This document shows, one piece after another, positions 21,949-34,065 of a stretch of 64,000 nt of DNA (position 1 is the stretch's first letter; every line of letters begins with the position of its first letter). Source of the stretch: Eukaryota sp. TZLM1-RC. Taxonomy: Eukaryota; Protista; Metamonada: BaSk clade. The notes beneath the pieces are model-generated. The model was not told the DNA's origin. It made no database searches and saw only the letters and a program-made list of their open reading frames with translations. Both the position numbers and the translations under genes were made by a program. Location: NCBI GenBank assembly GCA_040285825.1, contig JAUPSS010000004.1:3142550-3206549 (forward strand). The letters are read 5' to 3'.

Positions 21949-24900
21949 ATGGATGGTCTCTCTCAAATAGGGTCTCAACTCTCTCGTTTTCTTAATATTG
22001 AATATGATAAACTTATCTTAATCCTGTCATCAGGCTCTCTTCACAGAGCTATCATAGACTTTCTCAAATCGCCATCTACATCTGTTTTATTTCTCTCAAT
22101 CACAGAAGAACCCTCCATAACTCCCGTATTTACTTCCCAAGATACCCCAACCCCTCAGATTGCTCACCTCACCTTGCCATACACCATCAACCCAATAACA
22201 GATCGTCTCATAACAACCCGTAATGTTTTTTGTTTCATCAAGACAAACTCTATTCACTTTTACCCCCTTCCTGCCTCTATAACTTCTCTTCACAGTCTCT
22301 TCTCTGAACTTCTTCTCCAGTTGTCCCTCTCGTTGCCATTATCGTCACCGCAAGAGTCTGTAAATCTTTTCAAATCACTCTTTGTTTTTCTTTCACGTCT
22401 TTCGACCCCCATTCAAGGGTCAGGTTTCCCTTTACCATCTGTGGAAACATCATCCATCACGTCTTCGGTTGCCAATCTTCACGATATCACCACAGTGCTA
22501 GATTCAACTGAAAATGCTATAAAAGAGTGGATTATTATTATCAATGATTTAATTAAATCCGATGGTAATTCATTGGTGAAATCAGTATTAGAAAGAGAAC
22601 CTGGCCCCTTGGGAGAAGTTCAATATTGGAAGAGACGGTCAATAATCGCTCAGACTTTGTGTGACCAGCTTCGTGAACGGGAAGTTAAATCTTTACTAGC
22701 AATACTAAACACACACAAATCCAAAATTTTGAAGGAATGGAAACTTGCTGAATCAACTTTACAAGACTTTCTCACAGAGTCAAAGGAAGTCTGTCGAATT
22801 ATGACCCTTTTGGAGAAAAATTTAAATTTGTATTACTCACTTGATCCTTCCAAAATTTCAAGTATTTCAGATTCTTTCAGCAGCTTGTTTTCTTGTCTCC
22901 GCTCTTTAGCACTTCAGACCAGTTCGTATAGCAATTCGGATTCTTTGACCGAATTTTGCCATAGAATTGTTCATCAAGTAATACAATGGTGCAAAAATTT
23001 GGTATTTCATATTCAAATTGACGAAAATTTCAATTTATTGACAAGTAATTCAATGACGAGTGTCCATTATTTCTTATATTCTAACCCCCCTACCACCATT
23101 TTCGGAAGGTTATTATCGATCCAATCTGACCATGTTATTCAATCATTCAATGTAATCAATCAGACTTTTCAAGACTTTAAAAATTCGTTTGAACATTTTA
23201 AAAACAAGGAATCCACAGCAAAATCACTCATCTCTATCAGTGACTCTATTTTAATTCCATTTGAATCATTCAATGATAGATGTGGTCAAATTGCAAATTT
23301 TATTAATATAATGTCACAATTGCTCACTTTTGTAGGAGAAAATTCTGAACTCTCTAGTCTTTGCCAGTCATTTTTTGATTGGGTCAAAATTAATATGATA
23401 TCACGTGATTATGACCCCTTTTTTGAACCAGTTCAATTCGATTTGGATTACTCTTGTTTTTTGGGCGAGGTCGAATCTTTGTCAGAAGTTGTTGCTGATT
23501 TTATCTCTAACAAATTCTTCAAGTCTCCTGTTTTCAGTCAAAAAGTTGAATTTTTACTCAGTTTGGAACCTTTTCTGAATGGAAATTTTTGTAAGGACAT
23601 CATTGACACGTGTAAACAAGTTATTTCAGAGCTTTTTTTGAGCTCTATTTCGATTGTGGAGGAAGAATTTGAAAATTTCAAGTCGTCACCACCCCCTTGC
23701 AGAGATGTATCACCTCTGACAAGTGCAATTATTTGGTGTAGGAGTCTTATTTCCAGAATTGAAACTCCAATGATCCTTTTTCAAAAGCTTTCAAAATTTT
23801 ACACTTCCTCAGAGTTTTCATATTTGGTCAAAAAATATAATCGTGTAGGAAAATCTCTTACTTCCTTTGAAACTTACCATGAAGTTAATTGGAATAATAT
23901 TTCCCAAAATTTCAAAATTAATTTGCACATACCCATTTTGAAACTTTCTGATGACAACTCTCGACTGATGGTCAATCTTGGTGGTCAAGAACGAGCTCTT
24001 CTAAGGGACACACAAATTTTGGGAGATTCACCATTCCTAATCAACAAGGCATCAGTTATTAGGGAACAAAAAGAAGTTTTAAGTGAACTTTTAACTAAAA
24101 GAGAGTCAGTTTTGCTAAAAATTCCTACTTTTTTAGCTGATTTGTTTAAAAATTTGCTTGTAAATTTAGATTTACATTGTTCAACTGGCCTATCTCATGT
24201 GACTTGGGTCTCTCTAAGTGTCGAGTCTTTCTTGGTCCAGCTTGATAGGCTCATCAATCAAATTGATGACGTGGCATCACGTGTCGTTGATGAGTTGAGT
24301 AGGGGAAGCTCAATTGTTCTCACAATTTGTACTGATTTCCCTCTTAATTGTGATAATTTAACTGAAACTATTGAGAATATGGATGTAAAATTTTCAAATT
24401 TTCAGTCTTCCATCAACTCATTGCATGAGCTTTCTAATCGTTTATCAACATCAATATTTGAAATCTTTACCTCAAAATCTGCTGAATACGGTTATGAATT
24501 CAATGTTGCTGATTACGAATCCATTCAGGCCAATATTTTGAAGTATTTTAAATCCGAAATAGCATCTGGATTGGAACATTTTATAGCTAATTTGATTGAA
24601 AAATTGAATAATAATTCGTTAATCACCATTGATTTGGTTTACAATTTTTCGAATAATTCTATCGTTCCACATGTTAACACATCAAATTTGATTGGTGATC
24701 TTTATGCAAAAATTTCAGAATGTTTGTCACTTGTTAATCATAATGACCCGGTCAATATTTTAGATTTGTTCAATCAATCATTAATTGATTGGAAAAACCG
24801 TGTCGATTGTGCAGTACAAGTAGCGATTCAAAATTTTGATTCATTTACCTCAAAGCTAGAAAACCTCAAGAACTTACCAAATTTTGATGTCAAAGCTCTT

Positions 24901-26526
24901 AATCAATCAAATTTGATTGAAAGTGTTCAGGAACATGCTTCCGTTATCTATAATCTTAAACAAGATATGACAATGAAATCTATGTTTTCCCAGAATGGGG
25001 TTGATGTTGATTTATCTTTTTTGTTGTTTGTTTTTGATTCAAGGTTATCTGCAATTAACCAATCATTTTTAAATTCTATTATTGATTATATAGCTAATGA
25101 AATAATGTTATTGGAGTCTTTTGTTTCTAAATATTTAAAAATTTTGGCTTGGGAAAATGACGATGACTCAAATTTTCAAAATTTGTATGTTTTTTGCGAC
25201 TTGATCTCTTCATGTCAGCAGTTTAAAAAGGATCATGATCAATTTAAGTCACAGTTTAGTCAAAATTTTAGACTTTTTGAAATTTTTGGAATAGATCATC
25301 TCAAAAGTCGGTACAATGAGCTTTACTCGCAATTTTTAAAAATCAACACTTACACTCATAAAATTTATATCCAAAATTCTAGCCTTGTTCATGCCCATCT
25401 TGCTGATTGCCAATCAAAAATAATTGATTTTCACATGAAAATTTTGGAAATTTCTGACACTTTTGATTTGAGTGATTTCTCCATTACAAAAAGGCCCGAA
25501 TCTCCCTTTTATTTCAAAAATTCAATGACTCAGTCATATCATCAAATAAGATCATTCTGGGAAGTTTTCCAACTACTTTTGATTGATTTTGACCTAGTTC
25601 AAAACTGTGTACTGATTTTGTCTGGTAAAAAAGTGGAATTTATTGGTGATCAAAATATTTCTGAATTGTTTATTAATTACGAGAATATAGTTTCTCTTTT
25701 GGTTTCTTTTTTTCAGTCTGCTTCTAAAGTTGAAAATTTGAGAAATTCTCTAAATATTTCGATTCTTGATCCCAATGTGTCGACTGTTCTCGCTGACTCA
25801 ATTCAAATTATTGACGAATTTTTCAAATATTTCACTCGAATAGCACCTGAAATAGCCAAAATGAGCCATTTTGTCGAATTCAAGGATCATGTTACTAATT
25901 TTAGAAATCTTTTACGAAAATTTGTCATATTTTTTGATTCAAACCCAAATTCAGTATTTTTTTCATTCTTATTTTCTAAATTGAACATATCTCTTCCAAT
26001 TGTCGATTGTAATCTAATGTTTATTCTTGATGTTTTGCTTTTTAATTCCAAATTAATTCCAATTTTTGATGGAATAATAGAATCAACGCGCACGTTTTAC
26101 TTAATTAATAGAACAAAAACAGAGGTTATTGAATTTTTAAAATATTTGTTCATCACCATCGACACCAATCATTGTGGAGTACACAATATTCAAGATTCGA
26201 TTGATTTAGCTTTAATTAAATCATTTATTAAAGATCGTCAATCAAAATTGATTGGGTATCTTAGGAATCACGTACAGTTTCCGATACTTTGTCATGAGTC
26301 TATCAGAAAAATCACAATGAATTTTATTCACAATTTATCCAAAAGATATAGCTACTTGGAAAAAATATATCAAATTAATTCTGATTTAGTTCCATTGTTG
26401 AGTTTGTCGGAAAATCCTAAATTTGTAAGTATGTGGAATACAGCCGTGGAAAATTTATCTAAATTCAATATTTTAGAAACAAATTTTGAATCTTTTCTAG
26501 ACAAAATTGGTCCACTTTTAGTGTAA
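21949..26526 (+). CDS. Axonemal dynein heavy chain N-terminal tail-like protein (DHC_N1), no motor domain
   Basis: EPGPLGEVQYWKRR, L.E.KE..R....LEK, PPPCRDVSPLTSAIIWCRSLISRIETPM, YNRVGKSL..FE. No P-loop in 1525 aa. Confidence 0.75.
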   Translation: MDGLSQIGSQLSRFLNIEYDKLILILSSGSLHRAIIDFLKSPSTSVLFLSITEEPSITPVFTSQDTPTPQIAHLTLPYTINPITDRLITTRNVFCFIKTNSIHFYPLPASITSLHSLFSELLLQLSLSLPLSSPQESVNLFKSLFVFLSRLSTPIQGSGFPLPSVETSSITSSVANLHDITTVLDSTENAIKEWIIIINDLIKSDGNSLVKSVLEREPGPLGEVQYWKRRSIIAQTLCDQLREREVKSLLAILNTHKSKILKEWKLAESTLQDFLTESKEVCRIMTLLEKNLNLYYSLDPSKISSISDSFSSLFSCLRSLALQTSSYSNSDSLTEFCHRIVHQVIQWCKNLVFHIQIDENFNLLTSNSMTSVHYFLYSNPPTTIFGRLLSIQSDHVIQSFNVINQTFQDFKNSFEHFKNKESTAKSLISISDSILIPFESFNDRCGQIANFINIMSQLLTFVGENSELSSLCQSFFDWVKINMISRDYDPFFEPVQFDLDYSCFLGEVESLSEVVADFISNKFFKSPVFSQKVEFLLSLEPFLNGNFCKDIIDTCKQVISELFLSSISIVEEEFENFKSSPPPCRDVSPLTSAIIWCRSLISRIETPMILFQKLSKFYTSSEFSYLVKKYNRVGKSLTSFETYHEVNWNNISQNFKINLHIPILKLSDDNSRLMVNLGGQERALLRDTQILGDSPFLINKASVIREQKEVLSELLTKRESVLLKIPTFLADLFKNLLVNLDLHCSTGLSHVTWVSLSVESFLVQLDRLINQIDDVASRVVDELSRGSSIVLTICTDFPLNCDNLTETIENMDVKFSNFQSSINSLHELSNRLSTSIFEIFTSKSAEYGYEFNVADYESIQANILKYFKSEIASGLEHFIANLIEKLNNNSLITIDLVYNFSNNSIVPHVNTSNLIGDLYAKISECLSLVNHNDPVNILDLFNQSLIDWKNRVDCAVQVAIQNFDSFTSKLENLKNLPNFDVKALNQSNLIESVQEHASVIYNLKQDMTMKSMFSQNGVDVDLSFLLFVFDSRLSAINQSFLNSIIDYIANEIMLLESFVSKYLKILAWENDDDSNFQNLYVFCDLISSCQQFKKDHDQFKSQFSQNFRLFEIFGIDHLKSRYNELYSQFLKINTYTHKIYIQNSSLVHAHLADCQSKIIDFHMKILEISDTFDLSDFSITKRPESPFYFKNSMTQSYHQIRSFWEVFQLLLIDFDLVQNCVLILSGKKVEFIGDQNISELFINYENIVSLLVSFFQSASKVENLRNSLNISILDPNVSTVLADSIQIIDEFFKYFTRIAPEIAKMSHFVEFKDHVTNFRNLLRKFVIFFDSNPNSVFFSFLFSKLNISLPIVDCNLMFILDVLLFNSKLIPIFDGIIESTRTFYLINRTKTEVIEFLKYLFITIDTNHCGVHNIQDSIDLALIKSFIKDRQSKLIGYLRNHVQFPILCHESIRKITMNFIHNLSKRYSYLEKIYQINSDLVPLLSLSENPKFVSMWNTAVENLSKFNILETNFESFLDKIGPLLV

Positions 26527-26714
26527 TTTAATTTATATTTCGACAGTTTCTTTTCTAATTCTTGTACCATACTCTTGTGTCTTGGTTTGTCAATTGAGTA
26601 CACAACGAAATAAAATTCTTTTTATTTTCTTTTAGTTTATTTTGATTTTTTCAATTTCTTAGCAGTAGCTGTACATATTTTTCATTCTCAGAAATTCATG
26701 TTCGTTCCATTTGG

Positions 26715-27180
26715 GCTTTCCCTGACAAAGTACAGGAATTACCATCTAGAGCACTAGTTAATTTGAGGTATTGTGTTAAAAGTTGCAACAAAAGTTAACA
26801 ATGATTTTTGAAGGCTTGGATTTTAATGTTCGTCTTGGCTTGGCCAAAAAAGATGATTTGGTTTTCGCAAATTTTTTGTTTATTCGGGTTAAATCTCCCA
26901 AACAAAAACACTAGATGCAACTCTCATAGTGAAATCCAAAATCTAAACACTTTCTATTCTTTTTTTCACAAATTTTTTTGTTAGATGCTCAAAATAGTTC
27001 TTCATCTTGTTTTATTTCTTAAATTCCTCAAATTTATGGTCTTCTTTAAAGACGATACGGAATTTTCTTGTACAATGCGCATTCAATGTTTCATTTGACC
27101 TAATACCGTGTATCTTTATTTGATTTGCAAATGTGGATCAAAAATATCTCCGAATCTTCCTTTTTTGATTGTAAACACTT
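26715..27180 (-). mobile_element. Degenerate RLE-type non-LTR fragment, copy of 60-418
   Basis: Reverse-complement similarity to 60-418; a related piece lies at 27920-28010. Confidence 0.5.
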
Positions 27181-27800
27181 TATTACTTTCCCATCAAAAG
27201 TCGATGATGCAGTTAGCAATCAACTTTATTGTATGTCAAAGTCACAAAAAATTGTTTCCTATTTAGAACCTTTACTCTATCGTTTGGTTGATGAAGATAC
27301 TTTGAATTTTTTTGGTTGGAATAGAGGAGATTTAATCCTTGAAGGTCTTGAAGGAACCACTATCATTACCTATCATTACTGATGTGAGATTTAATGATGT
27401 GTGTAATATTTCTTTCATACCATTAGCTCAGTCAAAATACAGGAATCCGCTGTTTATTGCCGAAAGTTTTAAACTTGCTGAATATACAGCAAACTTGCTC
27501 TCCTTGAATGCTGAATCTCACATACATTAGGTCCTTTGTCCATTTGCTTTTTCCTTACATGGTGCGCTTGGAACACTTGCTTTATCTTTTTTGGATGATT
27601 TTGTTGAAATTGTAAAACAACGTCCAGGAAGAATTTTTGACAAAACGTTTCAGCAGAATAGAATTGTATTTTCAATTTTCAAAGATGTTGTCCCATTATT
27701 GTCTTCTATTTTATTATCTCTTGGTCGCTTTTATTAAGGAAAAAGTTCCAGTCAATTTTTGTTTGCTGACTTGGGTCATGAAGACATAGAATTTTAACCT
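27165..27800 (+). mobile_element. CRE-like family C, RLE domain plus 3' end, frameshifted
   Basis: LEPLL..NRGDLIL..TIITDV..K..Y..LGTLALSFLDDF..NRIVFSIFK. Confidence 0.65.
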
Positions 27801-28890
27801 GGTCGTATAGTTTATTTTTTATTGGAATAAATAAAAAAGATTCTTTCAAAAAAAAGAATGTTCAAGAAATTCCCAACCGATCACTCCCAAATTGACGTTT
27901 TTGCCTGAACACATTTCAGCACCATCTGCTTAAATTGTTTGAAAGCTTGGATTATAAAGTCAGACTTGGCTTGGCCAGAACTGAAAATCCCGCTTTCGGA
28001 ATTTTTTCAAAAAACATTCCTAATAGTCCTGATGCTTTATTAAAAAAAGTTCCAGTCATTTTTTGTTGGCTGATTTTGGATACTAAGATTTAGAATTTCA
28101 ATTTTTGTGTTTAGTTTTTTGAAAGTAATAAATGAAAAATTTAAAAAAATACAGTTTTCTTTTAATAGTTGGTCAATTAATTGTCGTTCCTCTTTAGCTT
28201 TTGATTTTCTAAAAATTGCGCTTATCATTTCGTCCAAGCTTTTTGCCGTATCCATCTGAAGCACTTTAGGACAAGAAGCATTATCATTCTTGGAGTTTAG
28301 GCACACTGTCAAGATAACGTGGACTTAATTTTTATCCTCGATCTTAGAAATATCAAATATCAATATCATTATCTCAATATAATTTAATTTTTAATTTAAT
28401 TGAATTTCCTTGTTTTAATTTTCATTTGCACAGATTGACTGAATTTAATGTTCAGCTGTTGAAAAAAGGATGGTATTGGTAAATACTTTACTTAATGGAT
28501 GTAATCTAAGGTTTTCGTTTTTAGGTTTATGATTTTTCATTAAAACGATTGATTATACATAAACAAATAAGCTATTTTTAACTTAATTTAAATAAAAAAT
28601 TATTCAAAAAGATCAGTTTTCAAACAGAATCATTGACATTCATAACTAACTAATATGGGTGATTTTGTACCAAAGTTAGACCCTTTTTAGATTAATCTTG
28701 AATTATTACGTGTGAATAGATTGAACACAAGTTCCAGACATAGCTATTTGCGGGTTTTGAAACATATATCAGCCTCCCCATGGATTATCATCTCCAGTCC
28801 AGAGTTTGATTTAGTTTTCTTTCAATGCTCAAATGATGATGATCAGTGTTCAATAATATTGACTCGAAACAAGTTTGCCTTAGTCTGTTC

Positions 28891-28944
28891 CAGTGTTCAG
28901 ATCGGACACGTGTTGACACGTGTAAAGGGTAAATCCGAACACTG
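28891..28944. mobile_element. 54-bp hAT-type MITE
   Basis: TIRs CAGTGTTCAGAT / ATCCGAACACTG (11/12 match); exact 8-bp TSD GTCTGTTC at 28883-28890 and 28945-28952. Confidence 0.8.
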
Positions 28945-29277
28945 GTCTGTTCTCTTCAAGACCACCATTATTATAGCTTCTTCATTTTTTTCTCTTTCTT
29001 TTTTTCTCTTTCTTTTTTTCTTTTTTTTTCAATTTGAGTAAGATTATTTTCCTAAATCAATTACAATGTCATAATAAAAAAACTAACACTAACTGATGGT
29101 ACCTTTTTTTCCTATTTCACCTTTTTTTCTTTTGGTTCTTTTTTTTCTTTTTGTTATCGTTTCTCATGACAAAAGGGTTTCTCATAACAACTAATAGACA
29201 ATCTTTTGAAAAAATGTTGATACAATAATACAATTTTTTATGATACATAAATACAAATGAATTACAAAATCCAAAAC

Positions 29278-30369
29278 CTAAATTATTCGAATTTTCTCCA
29301 ACTTCTCAGGCTTTCGCTGACTTATTCTCTTTTGTAACGAACTTCGTGTCTGTAACGCTTGAACAGGCGACGGACTGGAAAATTTCTGCTTCTTCAAATG
29401 TAAGCCCATATAACTGTTAGGTGTTGCTGCAATTTCTTCATTTAATTCATTTAGATTGCTCAAATTATTGTTATTCAAAGGTGGAAGTTTTTGGGCTTGG
29501 GGATTCTTAGGTAGCTGACCTTTTCTAATGCCAGGCGTGACATTTGAATATGCTGGCAATGGTGTTTTTAACTGGTCTTTCTGTTTCAATCCATTTTTGA
29601 CCTCTTTCTGACCTCCATCCAAGCTCTTTGGCACTGTAGCCTTCGTAAATACCCTTGCTTCAGGAGAAGATTGTTTAACGTTCTTACTACCACTATTACC
29701 CTTGCTATTACTTGGCTTGAATAGCTTAAAAGTAGCTTCATCCAAGACTGCCAAAACTTTATCGTCTTCTTGAAAAGGTTGTTGGGTTTTCATCACCTCT
29801 GCGGGAATTTCAAAGCATTGTTGAGATATAGCTTCAATGTCGAGGCTGAGCACGTCAGACCAGGTGGGAAGATACGTGGAATAGGGGACGTTATCAGTAG
29901 AGGTGTCATCAAGGTCAGAGAGATCATTAAAGGAAAGTGCATCGTCATCAAACACGTCATCCTCCTCAAGGGACACGTCATCCTCCTCAAGGGACACGTC
30001 ATCATGATCAAGTGATGCGTCATCAAAAGAAGGGTCATTTGATGGGACGACTTCTTCCTCTTGATCGGAATCTTCTTCAGGGTGTTCTTCAGCAGTGTCA
30101 AGCAAAGTTTGTTGATGGTCTTCCTGGGGTCGTGGGGATTCTGGTGGGTGAGATTCAGTGTGTGGAGATGTCAAAGAAGGTTCAGATTGTGGTGGTTGTT
30201 GTGTAGTTGGAACATCATCTAGAGCATTGGGAATGGATTGTGGAGACTTATTGTTAGAAAGATGTCGTCTCATATGTGATTGAATAGTACGAACAGCTCT
30301 GGACCGTAAGAGAAAATGTCTGGCATGGTACTGAATGACTCTTGCAGCATCTTCCGGGGTAATGGACAT
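29278..30369 (-). CDS. IQ-motif protein with acidic low-complexity region
   Basis: Two IQ-like motifs (AARVIQYHARHFLLR; AVRTIQSHMRRHL); 21-nt tandem repeat encoding DDVSLEE. Confidence 0.6.
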   Translation of the reverse strand: MSITPEDAARVIQYHARHFLLRSRAVRTIQSHMRRHLSNNKSPQSIPNALDDVPTTQQPPQSEPSLTSPHTESHPPESPRPQEDHQQTLLDTAEEHPEEDSDQEEEVVPSNDPSFDDASLDHDDVSLEEDDVSLEEDDVFDDDALSFNDLSDLDDTSTDNVPYSTYLPTWSDVLSLDIEAISQQCFEIPAEVMKTQQPFQEDDKVLAVLDEATFKLFKPSNSKGNSGSKNVKQSSPEARVFTKATVPKSLDGGQKEVKNGLKQKDQLKTPLPAYSNVTPGIRKGQLPKNPQAQKLPPLNNNNLSNLNELNEEIAATPNSYMGLHLKKQKFSSPSPVQALQTRSSLQKRISQRKPEKLEKIRII

Positions 30370-31123
30370 AGGCTAGCAGCACAAAAATGTCAAATAGTTG
30401 TAACCCGTTGAAATTACTGGAAGATGAAGGTGAAATGAATTCTGGTTTTTGATCAGAATTTCTCGTTTTCTTTGAGCAGCAGTGAGCGTCTTCGATGTGA
30501 TTTCCTGTAGTTTTGTGTTCTTGCTTCCGTTCAGCGGAGGAGGATTTTGTTGTGAAGTCTAGCTTCTTTGTTTAGAATGTTTTTGTTTTTTTATTATGTT
30601 AATAAAACCTCTATTTCTGCCTTTCTTTATTCATGACGCCATTCGTCCCATTCTAATCTTGAATCTGTTGGGGTTGAATGTTGTGCGGTGAAGCTGTTGA
30701 AAATTTGGGCAATTTAATTTTCGTTTCCCAGCCATCAATTGGTCCCTAATGCCAGGGTCAATTACTGTGAAGGTAATATTGATCAGCTCAATTTGTGGAA
30801 GATTAGTCAAGTATGGATCTTTTTCACCTTTTTGGGGCTTCTTAAGGCGACTCTTCCAGGCTTTCTTTTTTCGTATAAGGTGTAAGGAGCAACTTACACC
30901 ATCAGTCCTTAAGGAAAAATTCTACTTTTGGAAAACCTTTTACCTGTTCGAAAAATCCATTTCCAATATTGATGTTGGAATTGTCCAATATTTTCTCTAA
31001 GAAGAGTTTCAGAATTTTTCGGGTAGTTGAATTGATCAGGGGTGAACATTCTTCATTCAGGGATCAACATTGGATTTGGTAACCAAGTTACAATGTAAAG
31101 TTTGGAACATTTTGTTTTTCAAC

Positions 31124-33700
31124 TTGCACACTTAATAAAATTAATTCATAACTAATGGGACGACTATCATTGAACCAAGATTTCCTCTACAAAATCTTGA
31201 TTTGCTTGCTGTCTAGTTAAAGCTTCTCTAATTGGATTGAAAAACCGAGGTAATCTATTAATAATGGGAAATTGAATCCGATAGCGCCTCAAAATAATAT
31301 CAAATCTTTTCATTGTTTTTTCTTTAACCATTTTTTGGAAATCATTCAAAAATGTTCCAACTTCTACTAATAGTCTTTCGTTTATCGAAAATGGGAATGC
31401 AATAAAAACAAGTGGTCTATTTCTATCAGCATTAGCTTCTTAGATATCTTTGTCATATTTTCTATGTTTGTCTTTAGCTTTAAATTCAAGAGCACTTGCA
31501 GGATTAAGTTTTTTCTTTGAACCAAAGTGTCATTTGCAACATTACAGGAAACAAAGTCAACAATACCTTCAGAGTTGTCAATCCAATCACAGTATACATC
31601 ACCTCTATCATCAGAACCAAAATTATTCAATGACAGTGTTTCCTTCGACAGAGGCTCTTTGATACACGATATTCTTGCAGTTTGTGCCATATTGAAAACA
31701 GTGTCTCTAACAGCATCATGTAATAAAGAACGATGAATTATCAATTTGGAACAATTCAGAGCATGACGTAAAGTGAGTTGAGGTGAATTTGAACAAATAC
31801 ATTGATCAATTGGCATATTCAAATATAATCTCATTTTTGTTACAGACGCTTCATTTGTAGCACACAGTCCAAATGTTCGTGATACAATGGTTACAAACAG
31901 TGAAGAATCTGATGACTGGTTTTCACAAACACCCATTTCCAATAACAATGAGTGAAGATCTTGATTTGAAACAGCCGAGCTGCATGTATTTTTATAAAGA
32001 TCATTTTCATACCTTCCTGTCAATCGTTTCTGATGTTCGAAGAGTGTATTTTAAATTTAAAAATTCTTTTCAGGATTATTACCATTGAATGATTGGAGAA
32101 AGCATCGACTCCACTTCAAATTATAATTGAAAATACTGCACTGAAAATTCAATTTTTGAAATTTCTTCATTTAATGCAAAAAAAAGTAGAAATTTGCGTT
32201 GTTATTAATAAATTTTCCGAATCGAAAAATCTTTCAGAAAACTCAAATATGGCATTTCATGAATGGCCAAACAAAACAAAAGATGTCCTAAAGGATCTTC
32301 TTGCTTTACACTACTTGATGATTTCAAAATAGAATTACCAACACGCAACTTAGAATTTGTGCAATATGCTGTTTGAAAATAAGGCATTAATTCTGGCAAA
32401 TGTTGTAACAAAGCACCTTGGATACTGCAACGACTATTTGAATTGATTGCATTGCTAAAATCCAACGACATACAAACAGTGGATTCATTTTGATGAAATA
32501 AAACATCTGTAGCAAATACTGCTGAAGAAACTCCATCTGTGGTATTAATTCCATATTGAAAGGGCAACAAATTTTTGCTTTTTCATTGAATCTATTTTTT
32601 AAGCAGCAAGCAGAAAAAATATTGTTTAAACTTTCAGAGACCACAATTAAACAAACATTCATTTTTGAGTTCTTTACAAGTGCCATCAAACGTGTATATC
32701 TTAATCCTTGAGGATATTTCAGATGACCAGTTGAAATTCTATTAAAAAATTTGGTGGATAAAACAAGACAATCCTAATGAAATAACCGTGGCTTTGATAT
32801 GATCAATCGAAAGCCCAGAAAGAACAGCAGACTTTCCGCGTGGTCTCCTTTTGATCACTGAAAACACCTCTGATGTCATCAATGGATGGCTTTCCCAATA
32901 GTCTCCATAATAACTTTGATCCATTATTGGGTTTTCAAATGGATGAAGAAGCTTGAGTTTATCTACAGTTTGTTGATTATTGGGAGCCTTGACTCCTGGA
33001 TTTCAAGTAGACAAAGCATTAGACCACTTGTTATCAAAGCATTTATCTTCAAAAATTTTGCTCAATTTCTCAGATGACAGTTTTCTTTGGCGCATTAGTA
33101 GTTATCTACAACATTTTCAACAAAATGATATTCAAAAGGAGCACAAAAAGTACCAAAAAATTCCCAAATATTGATAGCATACTTTCCCTTTCATAATTAA
33201 TGCAAAAATCTTTCAAAAACGAAGGCAAATTCATTGCATTTTGACGGATGTATTTCTTGTGGGGTTTTTATGGGAGAATGGTAATGATCGACTATTCGGC
33301 ATTTCAAACAAACCAACGATCAGCTGTTTTACCTTTTGAATTATTTCTGAAAGAAACATCGCATTTGTTACAAACTTTGTGTTTGATTCGATTGTTGACT
33401 GGTTTTGCAACAACTTGCGGAGGATAATTTATTGATTTTTCTTTATATTCTGTCCTTCTAGTAAATTTTTTTTGCATTATGTTCAGAATTTGCAACATCA
33501 TTATTTCCAACAGTCGTTCGAGCATCATGTCAACATAGCATAAAACTGATGTCTAACTGTTATCTAATATTAAATTTGCAATTAAAGAAATGGTTCAAAT
33601 TGATCAGCTGTTCACAACAACAAATCAAATCATTTGACACACTGCATGACCACAGAAAACACCTCATTCTTAGGGCAGTTGTCCATTAATGGTCATTGAA
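31124..33700 (-). mobile_element. Near full-length, heavily decayed CRE-like family A element
   Basis: Fragments in order: Cys-rich N-terminus, PRGKSA.LSGLSIDH (RT0), PFQYGI, SLDFSNA.NS, VKQEDPLG, CCHC, RLE and conserved 3' UTR; many stops and indels. Confidence 0.8.
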
Positions 33701-34065
33701 CAATAGAACTTAAACACTGAAAATATGGGAAATGAGATAACTTGAGCTACTTTCCTTAAGACCATTTGAAATCTAAGAAGATACGGGATTCTATTCTTTA
33801 GCCAAGCTTAGACGAACATTTGTTGGCGCCCTCAGGCTTATATAATATGAACAAAAAATATATAAACTTTTTCTAACCATTAGGACTTAAGGGTACAATA
33901 TTTCGTGGCCATTTAAAACATACTCAGCAAAGTAATCAAAGTCACAAATCTTGGAACGAGGCCTTCTTTTTAGCTATTGTTAACTACCAAATAAGACACT
34001 ATTATCAAAGAGACATAGTACATCAATTATGGAACTTAAAAGTGCAAACCCAGTGTTTGTGTAAA

